Shown: positions 48,853-58,392, counted from the stretch's first letter. The stretch: 64,000 bases of DNA from an uncultured Gemmatimonadales bacterium (GCA_963771275.1 CAVYSW010000003.1:768001-832000), one strand, 5' to 3'. Translations and numbers: made by a program. Notes: generated from the letters alone by a model not told the origin.

Positions 48853-48991
48853 TCGGTGCTCACGATTGGTTTCGGCGAGGGCCGCGCTCCTGCGTGGCCC
48901 TTTGCCGTCGCCGGACCTCGCGTCCGGCATCCGCTCGCCGATTGACGGGAACATCACCCGGCACGAAACTCCCCGCCGGAGGAGGTCCTCG

Positions 48992-49966
48992 ATGCGCTCA
49001 TCGTTTCTCGCCGCCGCTTTGTGCGCCGGACTCGCCCTGCCCGCGGCGTCGCAGGCGCAGCGTTACACCGGCCCCGACGGCCGCCTGCGCGTGGCACTGG
49101 CCAAGCAGCCGTTCTCGCCCACCGGCCGCTCCGTGGGCCCCACCACCATGGAGAGCGGCGGCATTCAGGACACGCTCGCACGCTTGGGCGCGGTGGTGCG
49201 CGTCGAGGAAGCGGCGCTCACGGCGGTGGAAGACACCGAGTACGGGGCGTGGAAGCGGCTCGGACTCGCGCTGGGCCATTTCGCCGACCTCGTGGCGCAG
49301 AACGAGCGCGACGGCTTCTTCACCGTCGGCCTGCTGGCGACGTGCCCGTCGATGCCGGGCCTGGTGGGCGGCTTGCAGCACTCGGGGCCGACCGGCGCGC
49401 CGCTCGTCGTTGGCATGCTCTGGCTCGACGCCCACCCCGACTTCAACACGCCGGAAACCACCCGCAGTGGCTCGCTGGGCGGGATGCCCGTGGCGGTGGC
49501 AACGGGGCGCGCGCTCCAGATCATGCGGCGCGACGCCCACCTCGATCCGCCCCTCGCCGACGACAACGTGGTGATGGGTGGCGTGCGCCTCACCGACCCC
49601 CTGGAACAGGAGCTGTTGGACCGGTCGGGGATCGTGCAGCTCACGGTGGACGACTTGCGCCACGCCACCCCAGCCGTATTCGCCCAACTCGACCGGCTGA
49701 GCCGGCTCACCGACAAGATCTACGTGCATGTCGACATGGACGTGCTCGACCCGCGCGAGGTCGCAGGACACGGCAACAAGGTGGCGGGCGGCCCATCGAG
49801 CCAGGAGCTGGCGGCGCTGTTCGAGCAGATCTTCAGCCGCTATCCCAAGGCATCCGCAATCGGCTTCGCGACGATCCCGGCCAACGATCCCGGTGGGCGC
49901 TCGGTCGTTGCGTTGAACCGCATGATCGCGGGCGCCGTGCGTGGGGTGCTCAACCGGGGCCGATGA
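48992..49966 (+). CDS. Secreted arginase/ureohydrolase-fold protein
   Basis: SD GGAGG; signal ending SQAQ; WLDAHPDFNTP, SGSLGGMP, HVDMDVLDP. Confidence 0.85.
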   Translation: MRSSFLAAALCAGLALPAASQAQRYTGPDGRLRVALAKQPFSPTGRSVGPTTMESGGIQDTLARLGAVVRVEEAALTAVEDTEYGAWKRLGLALGHFADLVAQNERDGFFTVGLLATCPSMPGLVGGLQHSGPTGAPLVVGMLWLDAHPDFNTPETTRSGSLGGMPVAVATGRALQIMRRDAHLDPPLADDNVVMGGVRLTDPLEQELLDRSGIVQLTVDDLRHATPAVFAQLDRLSRLTDKIYVHVDMDVLDPREVAGHGNKVAGGPSSQELAALFEQIFSRYPKASAIGFATIPANDPGGRSVVALNRMIAGAVRGVLNRGR

Positions 49967-50038
49967 CCAGCTCGAGCAAAGCGCGCATCTCGCTAAATTG
50001 ATAAGAGACAACGACTTAGCGCAAGTTGCAGTGCGCCA

Positions 50039-50074
50039 TTGATAATTGATGAACGATTCATTTATAATTAGCTC
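50039..50074 (+). promoter_or_regulatory. Sigma70 promoter with overlapping palindromic operator; probably leaderless tetR transcript
   Basis: TTGATA-N18-TATAAT ends 6 nt before ATG 50075; ATGAA-CGA-TTCAT palindrome at 50049-50061. Confidence 0.65.
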
Positions 50075-50764
50075 ATGCCAAGAACCCGTGCCCCGGGCCG
50101 GCTCCAGGAGATCATCGGTGCCGCCACCGACACGTTCATCGCCAACGGCTACCGGCTTGCGCGCATCGAGGACGTCGCCCACCGCGCCGGCGTCGCGCCG
50201 GCGACGGTGCATCTGTATGCCCGGACGAAGGACGCGCTGTTCGATCTCGTGATGCGGGCGGCGCTGCACGATCCGACCGTGGCCGATGTCGCGCTGCCGC
50301 ACCTCGCGCCGCCCGCAGGAGACATGATCGAGCGTCTGTGGCAGCGCCTGCTTGCCGCGGCGCGGTTCCCGAGCCTCGATGACGCGCCCCCCGACCCGCC
50401 GGCCGACGGCGCCGTCGCCGAGTTCGAGCGCATCGTCCGGGAACTATACCGGTGGCTGCTGCGTCACCATCGGGCCGTCAAGCTCATCGAGCGGTGCGCG
50501 CGCGAGTGGCCCGAGCTGGCCGCGCTCTACTACAAGCAGTTCCGGCGCACCGGCCTCGACCGGCTGGCGACGTACCTCGACCGTCGCGGTCGCCAGGGCG
50601 CCCTGCGCGCTACGCCTGACCCCGCCGTCGCGGCGCGGGTCGTCGTGGAAACCGTCGCGTTCTTCGCCATGCACCGCTTCTCGGCCCCAGACAGCGCGAT
50701 GGATGACGCGCGCACCGAGGCGGTGGTGCTGGACATGCTCACCAACGCGCTGCGACCGCGCTGA
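50075..50764 (+). CDS. TetR/AcrR family transcriptional regulator
   Basis: AATDTFIANGY...IEDVAHRAGVAPATVHLYARTKDALF helix-turn-helix. Confidence 0.92.
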   Translation: MPRTRAPGRLQEIIGAATDTFIANGYRLARIEDVAHRAGVAPATVHLYARTKDALFDLVMRAALHDPTVADVALPHLAPPAGDMIERLWQRLLAAARFPSLDDAPPDPPADGAVAEFERIVRELYRWLLRHHRAVKLIERCAREWPELAALYYKQFRRTGLDRLATYLDRRGRQGALRATPDPAVAARVVVETVAFFAMHRFSAPDSAMDDARTEAVVLDMLTNALRPR

Positions 50765-50787
50765 GTCGCACGACCGGGAGGATCACG

Positions 50788-52413
50788 ATGTTCCGACGTA
50801 TTGCCGCCGCGTCGATCGGCGTGGCACTGTGCTCCCTGAATGCGCCGGCGCAGGATCTGGCGGGCGCGTGGGTGGGGGGAACCAACGCCACGGGTCGGTG
50901 GCTGTTTGTCCAGGCGCACATGACCGGCGGTGACGGCGGGTCGCTGGAAGTCGCCGGCGCGCAGGCGGCGGGGTTGCCGATCGAACGGCTCGCGATGGCG
51001 GAGGGCCGCGTACGATTCCGGCTGCGCACGCCCCTCGGGGTCATGGCGTTCGACGGCGTGCTGCACGACGATGTCATCGACGGCGCGCTTTCGGGCGCGG
51101 CGCCGGGCGCCATGCTGCACTTGGTGCGCGTTCCCGCGACCCCGGCTGCGCAGGCCGACGCGGCGGTCGGCCTGTATGACATCGGTAGGAACCAGCAGCT
51201 GTTGCTCACGTATCGCGCCTTCGGGCTGCTCACCGGCATCGTGTTCGAACGGCGCGGGGAGCGCGAGTTCGTGCGCCGCGCGTTCTACCTGGTCCCCGGC
51301 AGGTCCGATCGATACGTCACGTCGGGCTCGATCGTCGAGACGGTGAGGCGGGACGAGACGCTGGCGCTCGAGCGGGGCTCCGGCGGCACGGTCACCGCAA
51401 TCCAATGGACCGGCTCCGCCGCCCCGACGAACCGGGTCAGCCGAACGAGTGGGCCACGGCAGATCGCGGTAGGCTTCAACGGACCGGCAGGCCACATTGC
51501 CGGCACGCTGTTCATCCCGGACGGCGCGGGACCGCATCCGGCCGTCGTGCTGATGAGCGGCAGCGGCCCGACGGGCCGTGACGCCAACGTGCTGCGCGCT
51601 CGCGAATTCCTGCGCCTCGGTCACGCCGTCCTCACCTGGGACAAGCGCGGCATCGGCGAAACGGACGGCAGCTACATGACCGCCGGCTTCGAGGACTTCG
51701 CCGCCGACGCGGTCAGCGCGCTCGCCTACCTCCGCACGCGCCCCGAGATCGACGCGTCGCGCGTCGGGATGACCGGGCACAGCCAGGGAGTGTGGATCGC
51801 CCCGCTCGCCGCGCTGCAGGCCGACGTGCCACCCGCCTGGCTCGTGCTCACGTCCGGCGGCCCGATCGCGCCGGCGGAGCAGGAGGCCTGGCGCGCCGCA
51901 GCGCAGGCGCGCGCCGCCGGGGCGAGCGACGCCGAGGCGCAGGCCGCCGAGGGGTTCATGCGTCGCAAGTGGCGCTACGCGTTCACCGGGACCGACTGGG
52001 ACGACTATCTCGCGGAAGCGTCGCGGGCTCGCAGTGCGCCTTGGGGCGAGCTCGTCGATCCCGTGTACGTCCAGGACTCGCTGGCGTGGTCATTCATGCG
52101 ATCGTTGAAGGACTTCGACCCCATGGCCGCGCCCGCGCGGCTCACGGTGCCGGTGCTCGTTTTGTTCGGGGAGCATGACGAAGAGGAGCCGGCCGACCGC
52201 AGCAAGGCTGCCTGGGAGGAGGCGTTCCGGCGGTCCGGGAACACCGATCACCAGATCATCACGATTCCCGGGGCGTCCCACGCGCTGTGGCTCGGCAGCG
52301 GCAGCCCGCGGCCGCTCGTCTCGACGCCGACCGAGATCATCGGGAAGTGGCTCGCGGAGCGCGCGCCGGCGTCGCCGGGAGGTCGGCAGCCGGGGCGCCG
52401 ACCGGGGCCGTAG
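50788..52413 (+). CDS. Secreted alpha/beta hydrolase
   Basis: SD GGGAGG; signal; GSGP, DKRGIG, GHSQG nucleophile, GEHD, GASH. Confidence 0.88.
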   Translation: MFRRIAAASIGVALCSLNAPAQDLAGAWVGGTNATGRWLFVQAHMTGGDGGSLEVAGAQAAGLPIERLAMAEGRVRFRLRTPLGVMAFDGVLHDDVIDGALSGAAPGAMLHLVRVPATPAAQADAAVGLYDIGRNQQLLLTYRAFGLLTGIVFERRGEREFVRRAFYLVPGRSDRYVTSGSIVETVRRDETLALERGSGGTVTAIQWTGSAAPTNRVSRTSGPRQIAVGFNGPAGHIAGTLFIPDGAGPHPAVVLMSGSGPTGRDANVLRAREFLRLGHAVLTWDKRGIGETDGSYMTAGFEDFAADAVSALAYLRTRPEIDASRVGMTGHSQGVWIAPLAALQADVPPAWLVLTSGGPIAPAEQEAWRAAAQARAAGASDAEAQAAEGFMRRKWRYAFTGTDWDDYLAEASRARSAPWGELVDPVYVQDSLAWSFMRSLKDFDPMAAPARLTVPVLVLFGEHDEEEPADRSKAAWEEAFRRSGNTDHQIITIPGASHALWLGSGSPRPLVSTPTEIIGKWLAERAPASPGGRQPGRRPGP

Positions 52414-52527
52414 TCGGGTCCGCCCGGGCGCGGCCCAAGTCCCTGCCCCACGGCACGCCTCTCGTGAGGCGTACGGCAACGCGACGGCGTCCTCCGGCGG
52501 GAGGTTCGCCAGCCGCGTCTCTCGGCG

Positions 52528-52926
52528 TCAGATGCCGCCGGGCGGCGGCTGCCACAGCTCGAACCGATTCCCCTCAGGGTCCGTGGCCCAACCAAAGCGG
52601 CCGAATTCCGAATCCTCGATGCGTTCCTCGACCGCCACGCCGGCCGCGCGCAGCTGCGCCAGCATGGCGTCGAGGTCCCGCACCCGATAGTTGATCATCA
52701 GCGCGGACGGACCCGGCCCGAAGTACTTCGTGTCAGCCGGAAAAGTGGACCACACCACCTGTGCCGGCGCTCCCGTGCCGTCGAGGCCGCCCGCGGTGAA
52801 CAGCGCGTGCGGCTTGTCCCCGGTCGGGACACCGAGGTGGTCGCGGTACCACGCCGCGAGTGCCGCGGGATCCCGTGCCTTGAAGAACACGCCGCCGAGC
52901 CCGGTGACTTCCTGCCGATCCAGCAT
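52528..52926 (-). CDS. VOC/glyoxalase family protein
   Basis: SD AAGGAGG; VTGLGGVFFKARDP, MINYRVRDLD, DPEGNRFELWQP. Confidence 0.92.
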   Translation of the reverse strand: MLDRQEVTGLGGVFFKARDPAALAAWYRDHLGVPTGDKPHALFTAGGLDGTGAPAQVVWSTFPADTKYFGPGPSALMINYRVRDLDAMLAQLRAAGVAVEERIEDSEFGRFGWATDPEGNRFELWQPPPGGI

Positions 52927-52960
52927 GCGTGACCTCCTTCTGTGTCGAGATGGCTGCACG

Positions 52961-53021
52961 GCGTGTAGCGTGCAGCGTGCGGCGGGAAACGTGGGACATC
53001 CGACGTGCAGTGTCCAGCGTG
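52961..53021. repeat. Heptamer tandem repeat GCGTGYR
   Basis: gcgtgta gcgtgca gcgtgcg ... acgtgca gtgtcca gcgtgga. Confidence 0.55.
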
Positions 53022-53133
53022 GACCGGCGGGCGCGCGGTGGGGCGTTCGCGCGGCGGCGGCGCCTCCGGTAGAATTGCGGGTGCGCCGTGCGGCCGTCGG
53101 ACCCCCACACCCTGTTCGGAACGGAGCCGAGAT

Positions 53134-55098
53134 ATGCGTTTGACCGTCCGCCCCCTCATTCTCGCCGCGGTGACCCTCGCGACCGCCGTCACGGCCGCGC
53201 GGGCCCAGGGACGCGGCGCGGCCCTCCCGCCCGAGCAGGTCCAGCAGCGCCGGGACCTCGAGCGCGAGCTCCAGTCGATCGCGGTGGTGGAGCGCAAGGT
53301 CATGGTGTCGATGCGGGACGGGACCCGCATGGCCGCCGACATCTACTACCCGAAGGACGCGTCGAAGAAGTACCCCACGATCTTCTCGCGCACCCCGTAC
53401 AACTTCAACTACTGGGACGTGCGAAACGGCGTGCCGCGCGCGATGACCGCCGAGCTCGACGCCGTGAAGCGGGGCTACGCCTACGTGGCGATGAACGAGC
53501 GCGGGCATTTCTTCTCCGAGGGGAACTACGACATCCTGGGGCCCCCACTCACCGACGGCTACGATGCGATTCAGTGGATCGCGACCCGGCCCTGGTCGAA
53601 CGGGAAGGTGGGCGTCATCGGCTGCTCCTCCACCGCCGAGTGGCAGCTGGGCGTGGCGTCGACCGCGCCGCCGGGGCTCGCCACCATGATCCCGCAGGGC
53701 TTCGGCGCGGGCGTGGGGCGGGTGGGACCGTACTACGAGCAGGGCAACTGGTACCGCGGGGGCGCGGTGCAGATGCTGTTCATCGCGTGGATCTACGGCC
53801 AGCAGAACCAGGTGCGCCCGATGTTCCCGCCGAACACGTCGCAGGAGGACCTGCTCCGCGCGTCCCGGGCGTTCGATCTGGCGCCGCAGCTCGCGCCGGT
53901 CGACTGGTCCCAGGCGCTCCGCCATCTCCCCGTGATGGACATCATCAAGGCCGTGAACGGGCCGCGCGGCATCTTCGCCGACTCGATGCCCGTCGCCACG
54001 GGCGGGGCGATGATCGAGCGGGCCCCGAACGACTCGGCGTGGTACCGCGGCGGCCTGTGGCACGACGACATGCCGATCAACATCCCGGGCCTGTGGTTCA
54101 TGTCCTGGTACGACGTGTCGGTGGGACCGAACCTCGCCGCGTACAACCACGTCCGCCGGACCGCGAAAGGCGCGGCGGCCGATCAGCAATACGCCGTGAT
54201 CGCGCCCACGACGCACTGCGGCTACAAGCGGGCGACCGAGGGCCTCGTGGTGGGTGAGCGGAACGTGGGTGACGCGCGCCTCGACTACGACGCCCTCACC
54301 TACGGCTGGTTCGACGTGTTCCTCAAGGGAGAGCAATCGCGCCTGCTCGATACGCTGCCCAAGGTGCGCTACTACACCATGGGCATGAACCGCTGGCAGA
54401 CGTCCGACACGTGGCCGCCCAAGGGCGCCGAGCCGATGACGTTCTACCTCTCGAGTGGGGGCAAGGCCAACACGCTGAGCGGCGACGGCGCGCTCACGAC
54501 CCGGCCGCCCTCCGCGGACCGGCCGGACCGGTTCACCTACGACCCGATGCAGCCGGTGCCGTCCCACGGCGGCAACGTCTGCTGCACCGGCAACGCCGTC
54601 CAGGGTGGCGCGTTCGACCAGCGCGAGATGGAGCAGCGCCCGGACATCCTGGTCTACACGACCGATCCGCTGCCCGCCGGGATCGAGGTGAGCGGGCCGG
54701 TCCAAGTCACGCTGCACGTCTCGAGCGACGCGAAGGACACCGATTTCACGGTGAAGCTGATCGACGTGTACCCGGACGGGCGTGCCTACAACCTCGACGA
54801 GACGATCCAGCGGATGCGCTACCGCGATGGGTACGACAAGCCGGTCGTGTGGATGGAGAAGGACAAGGTCTACAGGGTCGCGTTCCAGCCGATGACGACC
54901 AGCAACTACTTCGATGCCGGACACCGCATCCGGCTCGAGGTGTCGAGCAGCAACTTCCCGCGGTTCGACCGCAACCTGAACACCGGCGGGCGGAACTACG
55001 ACGAGGCGACGGGGATCGCGGCGCACAACGCGGTGCACCACTCCACGAGGTATCCCTCGGCGCTCACGATCTCCGTGGTGCGGCGGCCGATGCCGTGA
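53134..55098 (+). CDS. CocE/NonD family (S15) hydrolase, secreted
   Basis: [46 protein letters not shown]. Confidence 0.92.
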   Translation: MRLTVRPLILAAVTLATAVTAARAQGRGAALPPEQVQQRRDLERELQSIAVVERKVMVSMRDGTRMAADIYYPKDASKKYPTIFSRTPYNFNYWDVRNGVPRAMTAELDAVKRGYAYVAMNERGHFFSEGNYDILGPPLTDGYDAIQWIATRPWSNGKVGVIGCSSTAEWQLGVASTAPPGLATMIPQGFGAGVGRVGPYYEQGNWYRGGAVQMLFIAWIYGQQNQVRPMFPPNTSQEDLLRASRAFDLAPQLAPVDWSQALRHLPVMDIIKAVNGPRGIFADSMPVATGGAMIERAPNDSAWYRGGLWHDDMPINIPGLWFMSWYDVSVGPNLAAYNHVRRTAKGAAADQQYAVIAPTTHCGYKRATEGLVVGERNVGDARLDYDALTYGWFDVFLKGEQSRLLDTLPKVRYYTMGMNRWQTSDTWPPKGAEPMTFYLSSGGKANTLSGDGALTTRPPSADRPDRFTYDPMQPVPSHGGNVCCTGNAVQGGAFDQREMEQRPDILVYTTDPLPAGIEVSGPVQVTLHVSSDAKDTDFTVKLIDVYPDGRAYNLDETIQRMRYRDGYDKPVVWMEKDKVYRVAFQPMTTSNYFDAGHRIRLEVSSSNFPRFDRNLNTGGRNYDEATGIAAHNAVHHSTRYPSALTISVVRRPMP

Positions 55099-55105
55099 GG
55101 AGAAG

Positions 55106-55723
55106 TTGGACACACTCACCGTTCGCGGCCTGATTCGCAGGTTCGGCGCGCTCCTGGTGCTGGACGGCATCGACTTCTCGGTCGCAGCCGGCCAGATCGT
55201 GGTGGTGGTGGGCCCGAACGGCGCCGGCAAGACCACTCTGTTGCGCTGCGTCGTCGGAGCCGACCGGCCGGATGCCGGGGACGTGCTGCTGGACGGCCGC
55301 CCCATGAACGAGACCGATCCGGACGTACGCGCGGCGGTGGCCGCCGCGCTGGACGACATCGACTTCTTCCCCGACCTCTCCGTGGTCGAACATCTGGAGC
55401 TGCTCTCCTTCGCTCACGGCGGCCACCGCGCCTCCGTGGCGGAAGTCATCACGGAGCTGGGGCTCGACCCGTCGCGTGACCAGCTGCCGGCGACGCTGTC
55501 CACCGGGCAGCGCCGGCGCCTGGCGCTCGCCTCATGCTTCGTGCGACCGCGACGGCTGCTGGTCCTGGACGAGCCTGAGCAGCGACTCGACGTGCGCGGT
55601 CGCGCCTGGCTCACCGACCGGTTGCTGCGAGAGAAAGCCGCCGGTACGGCGGTACTGATCGCATCGCACGATCCCGATCTGATTGCGGCGGTAGCCGACA
55701 CACGGATCGAGCTGGGCGGTTGA
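55106..55723 (+). CDS. ABC transporter ATP-binding protein
   Basis: TTG start with SD GAGGAG; GPNGAGKT, LSTGQRRR, LVLDEP, SHD. Confidence 0.92.
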   Translation: MDTLTVRGLIRRFGALLVLDGIDFSVAAGQIVVVVGPNGAGKTTLLRCVVGADRPDAGDVLLDGRPMNETDPDVRAAVAAALDDIDFFPDLSVVEHLELLSFAHGGHRASVAEVITELGLDPSRDQLPATLSTGQRRRLALASCFVRPRRLLVLDEPEQRLDVRGRAWLTDRLLREKAAGTAVLIASHDPDLIAAVADTRIELGG

Positions 55724-57126
55724 CCGCTCCGACCGCGGTGGCCGTGGCAGGGGCGCGCACCTGGCGAACGCGCGTGCGCCGTGCTCGACGGCGGCACCGC
55801 ACGCGATCCCTGGGTGACACGCTCACGAACCTCTACATGCTCCTGTGGCTGGTCGGCGTCTATGGCGGCGCGCTGGTCAGCACGGTGCGCGAGCACCTTG
55901 GGGCGCCCGCCGGGGCGACGGGGGTCGTGGCGGAGCGGTACTGGATCGCCGTCGCCGTGCTGCTCGTCGGCGCCGGGTTGGTCTGGCAGGGCACACGGGC
56001 GCTCGGGCCGCTGCTCGCGACCCCGGCCGAGCAGGCCTGGGGCCTGTCGACGCCGATCGATCGGCGCGCGTGGTTGCTGCCCCGCTTCGTCGCGGTCCTG
56101 CTTGTGGGCGCGTTCGGCGGCGCGGCGGCGGCATCCGTCGTCACGGTCCTCGGGCTGCGTGGCCGTGGCTTGGGGATGGCCGCGCTGGCTGGTGGCGCGT
56201 GCGGCATAAGCGGTGCGGCTGCGTGTGTGGTCGCGCAGGGTTCACCGCCGCGGCACCGCTGGCCGCGCGTCATCGGCCCGGCGCTCATGAGTGCGGGAGC
56301 CGTGACCACCGCCCTCATGGTGGTCACCCACTACACGAGGCGGGTGCTGCCCGAGCCGAGCGCAGCCGTCAGCCCCGTCGTGGCGCTGATCGCGCTACCG
56401 GCAGGAGCCGGGTTGGTCATCGTGGCGGTCCGCGCGCTCAGGCGACTCGACGCGGTCGTGTTGAGTGCCGGCGCACCGGTCGCCGAGGCGGCGGTGACCG
56501 CCGCGGTGTGGCTGGACCCATCGCTGCTCGCGCGCGTGCTCGAGCTGCGGCGGTGGCGCCGCGTCGGCCGGGTCCGCAGCCGGCGGTTCCTCTCCATCCT
56601 GCCGGGGCGCGCTGGAGGGCTGCTCCAAGCCGAGCTGCGTCGCCAACTCCGGCGGCCGGGCGCGCTCACCGTCTGGAGTGCCACCGCGCTGGCGCAGTAC
56701 GCAGTGGCGGCGCTGTCTCCACCCGTGGCCGGCGTCTCCCGGGTGATCGGCGCGTACCTCGCGGCTGGGCGGCTCACGGGCGGGCTGCGGACGGTCGCAG
56801 GATCCGCAGGACTTCGCAGGGCGCTGGGTGGCGACAACCTGACGGTGCGACTCCTCCATCTCGTGGTCCCGGCTCTGGGTACGGCGGTCTGGTGGGCGAT
56901 CACTTCCCCCGCCGGTGGGCCCCACGTTGGGGCGGCGGCGGTGGTGGTGGTGGGCGGCGTTGTGGCCGCGGCGTACCGCGGCGCTACGCGCTCGCCCATG
57001 TCCTACGGCGGCAGCGCGTTGGAGACCCCGTTCGGCATGTTCCCCGTGGAGATCCTGCTGCAGCTCGCCCGGGGGCCGGACCTGCTCGGCGCGGTGATCA
57101 TTCTGCAACTGATCCTGGGCCGGTAG
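55720..57126 (+). CDS. Polytopic membrane protein (DUF6297-like), probable ABC exporter permease
   Basis: Overlaps the ATPase stop; GPL...W.LSTPIDRR..LLPR and ETPFG....L...LARGPD motifs; about 10-12 TMs. Confidence 0.75.
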   Translation: MTAPTAVAVAGARTWRTRVRRARRRHRTRSLGDTLTNLYMLLWLVGVYGGALVSTVREHLGAPAGATGVVAERYWIAVAVLLVGAGLVWQGTRALGPLLATPAEQAWGLSTPIDRRAWLLPRFVAVLLVGAFGGAAAASVVTVLGLRGRGLGMAALAGGACGISGAAACVVAQGSPPRHRWPRVIGPALMSAGAVTTALMVVTHYTRRVLPEPSAAVSPVVALIALPAGAGLVIVAVRALRRLDAVVLSAGAPVAEAAVTAAVWLDPSLLARVLELRRWRRVGRVRSRRFLSILPGRAGGLLQAELRRQLRRPGALTVWSATALAQYAVAALSPPVAGVSRVIGAYLAAGRLTGGLRTVAGSAGLRRALGGDNLTVRLLHLVVPALGTAVWWAITSPAGGPHVGAAAVVVVGGVVAAAYRGATRSPMSYGGSALETPFGMFPVEILLQLARGPDLLGAVIILQLILGR

Positions 57127-57201
57127 GAACCCGACACAGCCATCTCGAGCAGCACCACATCGCCAGCGCGGCCGGGACTCCACCCACCGGTATCTGAGAC
57201 C

Positions 57202-57310
57202 GTCCTCTGGGGAGGACAATCGGCTCTTCGCCCCGTGAGGACCAGTGCAGCACAACGCGTTGTTTTTCATGGATTTAACTGCCCATCATTGGTCAGGCAC
57301 GGCCCCTGCA
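57202..57310 (+). promoter_or_regulatory. Putative sigma54 promoter with upstream palindrome and IHF-like site
   Basis: AGGCAC-GGCCC-CTGCA (GG 57296-7, 10 nt, GC 57308-9); AT-rich IHF-like tract at ~57253-57278; GTCCTC-TGGG-GAGGAC palindrome at 57202-57217. Confidence 0.55.
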
Positions 57311-57361
57311 TTTCTCCCTGTCAGACGCGCTCAGCGGAGCGCCCAAGACGGGGAGGTGGGT

Positions 57362-57856
57362 ATGCGGAGATCTCTGGTTGGACTCATGGTCACCGGCCTG
57401 CTCCTGGCGACCCGCGCGGCACCGGCGGCGGCGCAGGACATCCGGCTCGACATCTTTTGGGGATCCCGGGGTCTCAACGCCGGCGCGGCATTCCGGTCTG
57501 GCGGGGTGCGCGTCGTCGGCCGTGTCGACGACTACGACCGGTACGCGCCGCGCGCGCAGCGCATCGAGCAGCGCCACTATGCGCAGTGCGCCGCGGACGG
57601 TCCCTACCTGTACTGCTGGGACACCCCGCGCGCCTATCGCGGCCGTGGACCGGTGTACGTGCGGCCGGTGATTCACGTGTACCTGACGGATCGCGCGGCG
57701 ATCCGTGGCCACGGTCGCGGCAGGCCGGGCTGGAACCGCGCGAACTTGCGGCAGCATGAGGTCGCGGCCGTCCGCTTCTGGCGGCGCTGGGCCGACGCGC
57801 ACCGCTACGCCTACGATCGCGACCGCCTGATGGTGGACGTCAGGCTCGACTGGTAG
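57362..57856 (+). CDS. Secreted Arg/aromatic-rich hypothetical protein (164 aa)
   Basis: SD GGGAGG; signal ending AAAQ; two Cys; ends VDVRLDW. Confidence 0.75.
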   Translation: MRRSLVGLMVTGLLLATRAAPAAAQDIRLDIFWGSRGLNAGAAFRSGGVRVVGRVDDYDRYAPRAQRIEQRHYAQCAADGPYLYCWDTPRAYRGRGPVYVRPVIHVYLTDRAAIRGHGRGRPGWNRANLRQHEVAAVRFWRRWADAHRYAYDRDRLMVDVRLDW

Positions 57857-57927
57857 AGACTCGAGGGCCGGCACGCTCCAATTGGGGCGTGCCGGCCTTC
57901 ACCTTCCGCTCCATCGTCCAGCCCACG

Positions 57928-58392
57928 CTAGGCGGGACCGGCCGACGTCTTCTCGACCTTCCGCAGCGCCACCGCGTTGATGCAGTAGCGCAGCCCGCTC
58001 GGCACCGGCCCGTCCGGGAAGACGTGGCCGAGGTGGGCGTCGCACACGTTGCACGCGGTTTCGACGCGGTGCATGCCGTGTGAGTGGTCCGCGTGATACG
58101 CGATCACGTCCGGCTCGACCGGCTGGGTGAATGACGGCCACCCGGTGCCGGACTCGAACTTGTCACCGGAGTCGAACAGCAGGGTGTCGCAGCACACGCA
58201 GGCGTACCGGCCGGGCTCGAACAGGCTGCACATCTCCGAGCTGAACGGCGCCTCGGTGCCTTTCCGTCGGGTGACATGGTACACCTCGGCGCCGAGCCGG
58301 GCGCGCCACTCGGCGTCGGTGCGCTCGACGCGGCGCGGCGGCGCGGGGTTGCCCTGCCTGGCGAGCGTGATGACATCGGCCCACTGCAGCAT
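57928..58392 (-). CDS. msrB: Peptide-methionine (R)-S-oxide reductase
   Basis: GTE.PF, CVCC, KFESGTGWPSF, CNVC.AHLGHVFPDGP, RYCINA. Confidence 0.95.
   Translation of the reverse strand: MLQWADVITLARQGNPAPPRRVERTDAEWRARLGAEVYHVTRRKGTEAPFSSEMCSLFEPGRYACVCCDTLLFDSGDKFESGTGWPSFTQPVEPDVIAYHADHSHGMHRVETACNVCDAHLGHVFPDGPVPSGLRYCINAVALRKVEKTSAGPA

Noticed and set aside
52927..55359. 943-aa ORF suggesting a giant VOC fusion
   Set aside because: Only the last 132 aa are VOC, with their own SD; the rest is the antisense shadow of the CocE gene.
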